Source: Chiloscyllium plagiosum
Taxonomy: Eukaryota
NCBI RefSeq assembly: GCF_004010195.1
Contig: NC_057720.1
Span: 14,644,602 to 14,708,601 of the forward strand
DNA: 64,000 nucleotides
Direction: 5' to 3'
The number at the start of each line of letters is the position of its first letter. Position 1 is the stretch's first letter. A program made the position numbers and the translations under genes. The notes below the pieces were generated by a model, which had not been told where the DNA came from, made no database searches, and saw nothing but the letters and a program-made list of their open reading frames with translations. Positions 61,491 through 64,000 of the stretch are shown one piece after another.

Positions 61491-63052
61491 GTGGAAAAAA
61501 AACTTAGTTATTAACTGTTACAGGTTAGTATTTCAGCAGACGTTAAAATTTACCATTTTAAATAGTTTTTTGGACGTAGCACGACAGCCCAATGTTGCAT
61601 TTAATGCTCATCCTCAGTTCATCTGAAAATTATATTACTAGGCTTTCCTGAACAATCTCAATTCTGCTAATGATAATATCCTGCAATGTCGCTGGGCAAT
61701 GAACTCCAGGATTAATTAGCTAGCTATAACGGAGAAATTCTGACAAGTTGTCAGGATTGTGTACAACTTCAAAGGTGGTAAGATTTGGCCATGTTACTGC
61801 CTTTCTTAAATGCTCAAAGGGGAAGTGTTATCCAATAAACTTAGTTGCAGCATATTCTGGGGATAATATGAATTGCTGGCAAAGTATTGCTGCAAGCGAT
61901 AAAATTATTGATTAAATCACCAAAACTGCTTCACCCCAAATACTTTAAAAGATTCTTTCATGAAATGTGGGTTCCATTTGTCAAGCATTTGTTCGACAAA
62001 CCTGGTGACCCCTAAACTGAATGGGTTGCTCAGCCATTTGAAAGCACAGTTAAAAGGCAACCACATTGTGAATTTAGTATCACATCTAGGCCAGACCAGG
62101 TAAGACAACAGAATTCCTTCCTTAAAAGTATGTTAATGAACCATACAGATTTTGACAACTGATGATCAGTTTCTGATCACCATAACCAAAACTAGCTTTA
62201 AGTTCCAGATTTATCCAGTGAATTTAAATTTCATCAACTGCCATGAACCCATGCATAGGCTGGATTTCTTAATTATTTATTCACGCCACCATACCACATC
62301 TCACGCTGTTGAATAGCTGAATTGATAAACACATGAACCAGTGTGATCAGCTGCACCATTCCAGATTACATCAGATTCTTGGCTTGAACCCTGTAGATGG
62401 TTAAGAGATTTTGCTGGATAAGGAGCAATACTTTCACAACCAGAGTTGTGGTGGTTCAGCCAGTTGAGTTGCTAGTCAGAGAAGAGTGAATAGGTTCTCT
62501 CTAGTTAAAGATCATTACCGACACTTACAACTTTAAAATTTGTCACTTGTCACACCAAGTTAAATGTTATCCTTGTTCTGCTACAAGCAAGTGTGGGCTT
62601 CTTTACGAATGCAGTTGTGAATGAATCTGATATAGAAATCATGAACACCCCCACTCATGACCTTATGATAGAGGGAAAAACATGAACAAACAGGTGAATT
62701 TGGTAGTTTGAAAACCCTTCATTGATAGGTTTCAGCTTCGAGCAATCACAAATACCTTCTTTTTTGATAGTTATAGCTCCAGTCACTGGAGTTTCCCCAT
62801 TCACTGCCATAATCAGACAATTGCTACCTTGATGTTGAGCACAGTTATACTCGCACCCTGCCTATCATTCAGCTCGTGTCCATGGCTAGGTCAAAGTTAC
62901 TAATTAAAACTAGTAACACCAACTTCAGTTATCAACAGCAATAATTACTAATGACCTGAATAAAAAAACCTTGACAATAACTAAAATTAATTTTATAAGA
63001 TTCAGTTGAAAACAGTGCTATAGGATTTGGTATTAATTGTAGGCCCTCTTAC

Positions 63053-63182
63053 CTTTGAATGTTCGTGGTACACCTTCTTGTCTACAGGCAATGTACAAAC
63101 AGGCAGAAGCAATGGCATCATTACTCCTTCCCTTTAGGCTTTTTTGTTCATACACTTGTTTAAATAAGTTATTCGTTCGATC
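63053..63182 (-). CDS. GTF2B: GTF2B exon ([43 protein letters not shown])
   Basis: TFIIB repeat 1; ctag acceptor, G|gtaaga donor. Confidence 0.97.
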
Positions 63183-63298
63183 CTAGTAAGTGAAATGAAA
63201 GACAATTTGATTAAATTCAGACCAATTACAAGTTTTATGCTTCCATTACCGATTTAATGAAGCAACACCATGATAAAACAAATATAACATGAACTTAC

Positions 63299-63445
63299 AA
63301 CAATATTTCTGGGGAGATTTATCCTGTCAGACATATTACTGATTTCCTTGAATGCATTCATCATTGCTCGATCAGAACTACTCATAGTCCGACGATTTTG
63401 ATATTTTGCATTTCCAAATTCATCAAAACTTGCTGATCCAGTACC
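63299..63445 (-). CDS. GTF2B: GTF2B exon ([49 protein letters not shown]); upstream exons lie beyond the window
   Basis: TFIIB B-linker; tacag acceptor, GTT|gtaagt donor. Confidence 0.97.
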
Positions 63446-63914
63446 CTGTAAAGAAATATGAAGCAAATAATGTTGTTGACTGAAACAAACATGCTATCTA
63501 CAGCAATTACAAACTGCAGCACTTTCTTTTAAAAAAACTAAATCCACTACATAAAGCATAAACCATAAACAAAATATGAAATATTGATCTAAGATCTACT
63601 AAAAATGAACTTTACATCAGTTTCCATAATTCACTTCTAAAACACCGTCACAAAAGGTCATTACTCAAATCAAAAGGTAAACTTGTTAGTTTTTACTTTC
63701 ATGTATTAATATACATTCCATTACCTGCTCATTGCTCTTAACTACCAAATCTCCTTTCCTACATTTTAAAACCTGTTGATTCAGGAATATCCTGGATCAC
63801 TGTTCAAACAAAGCAGAGTTTGGACTGTAACAATCCATGTATTAGTTGCTAAAATAAAAAATAGCAAGCAACACATTAATTTTCATTGGACCACAACCTC
63901 TATGGGTATTATTT

Positions 63915-64000
63915 AGAAACTGGAGGAGAAAGTGAGGTCTGCAGATGCTGGAGATCAAAGTTGAAACTTTATTGCTGGAACAGCACAGCAGGTCAGGCAG
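63915..64000 (-). mobile_element. Terminus of a Penelope-like element, cut by the window edge
   Basis: GAGAAAGTGAGGTCTGCAGATGCTGGAGATCA...CACAGCAGGTCAGGCAG, like 50718-50795. Confidence 0.7.

Overview
Vertebrate genomic DNA, most likely from a cartilaginous fish (shark), judging by the V-SINE/HE1-like SINEs, CR1 LINEs and Penelope-like elements. The window holds the 3' two-thirds of PKN2 (protein kinase N2, + strand; 13 visible coding exons from 3845 to the stop at 25409) and the last four coding exons of GTF2B (TFIIB, - strand; 63445 down to the stop at 57755). The two genes are tail-to-tail, as in human. About 110 aa of the PKN2 kinase domain (DLK..DFG..APE..SPF) are absent and probably lie in the 500-N gap at 21620-22119. 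Introns and the intergenic region are filled with CR1, Rex1/Babar, Penelope-like and SINE remnants, plus a perfectly homogeneous ~4.9 kb CT/CG minisatellite that produces all the giant spurious ORFs. I found no convincing new multi-gene system. The best leads are: hammerhead-ribozyme motifs in several Penelope-like families (one intact core, one U3-A8 covariant in a TSD-flanked inverted-repeat insertion); a reconstructable ~1 kb inversion with a ~238 bp inverted breakpoint duplication; a twin-priming-type CR1 inversion; an atypical GTTAAGT 5' splice site; a candidate PKN2 poison exon; and a strong CTCF-like motif between the genes.
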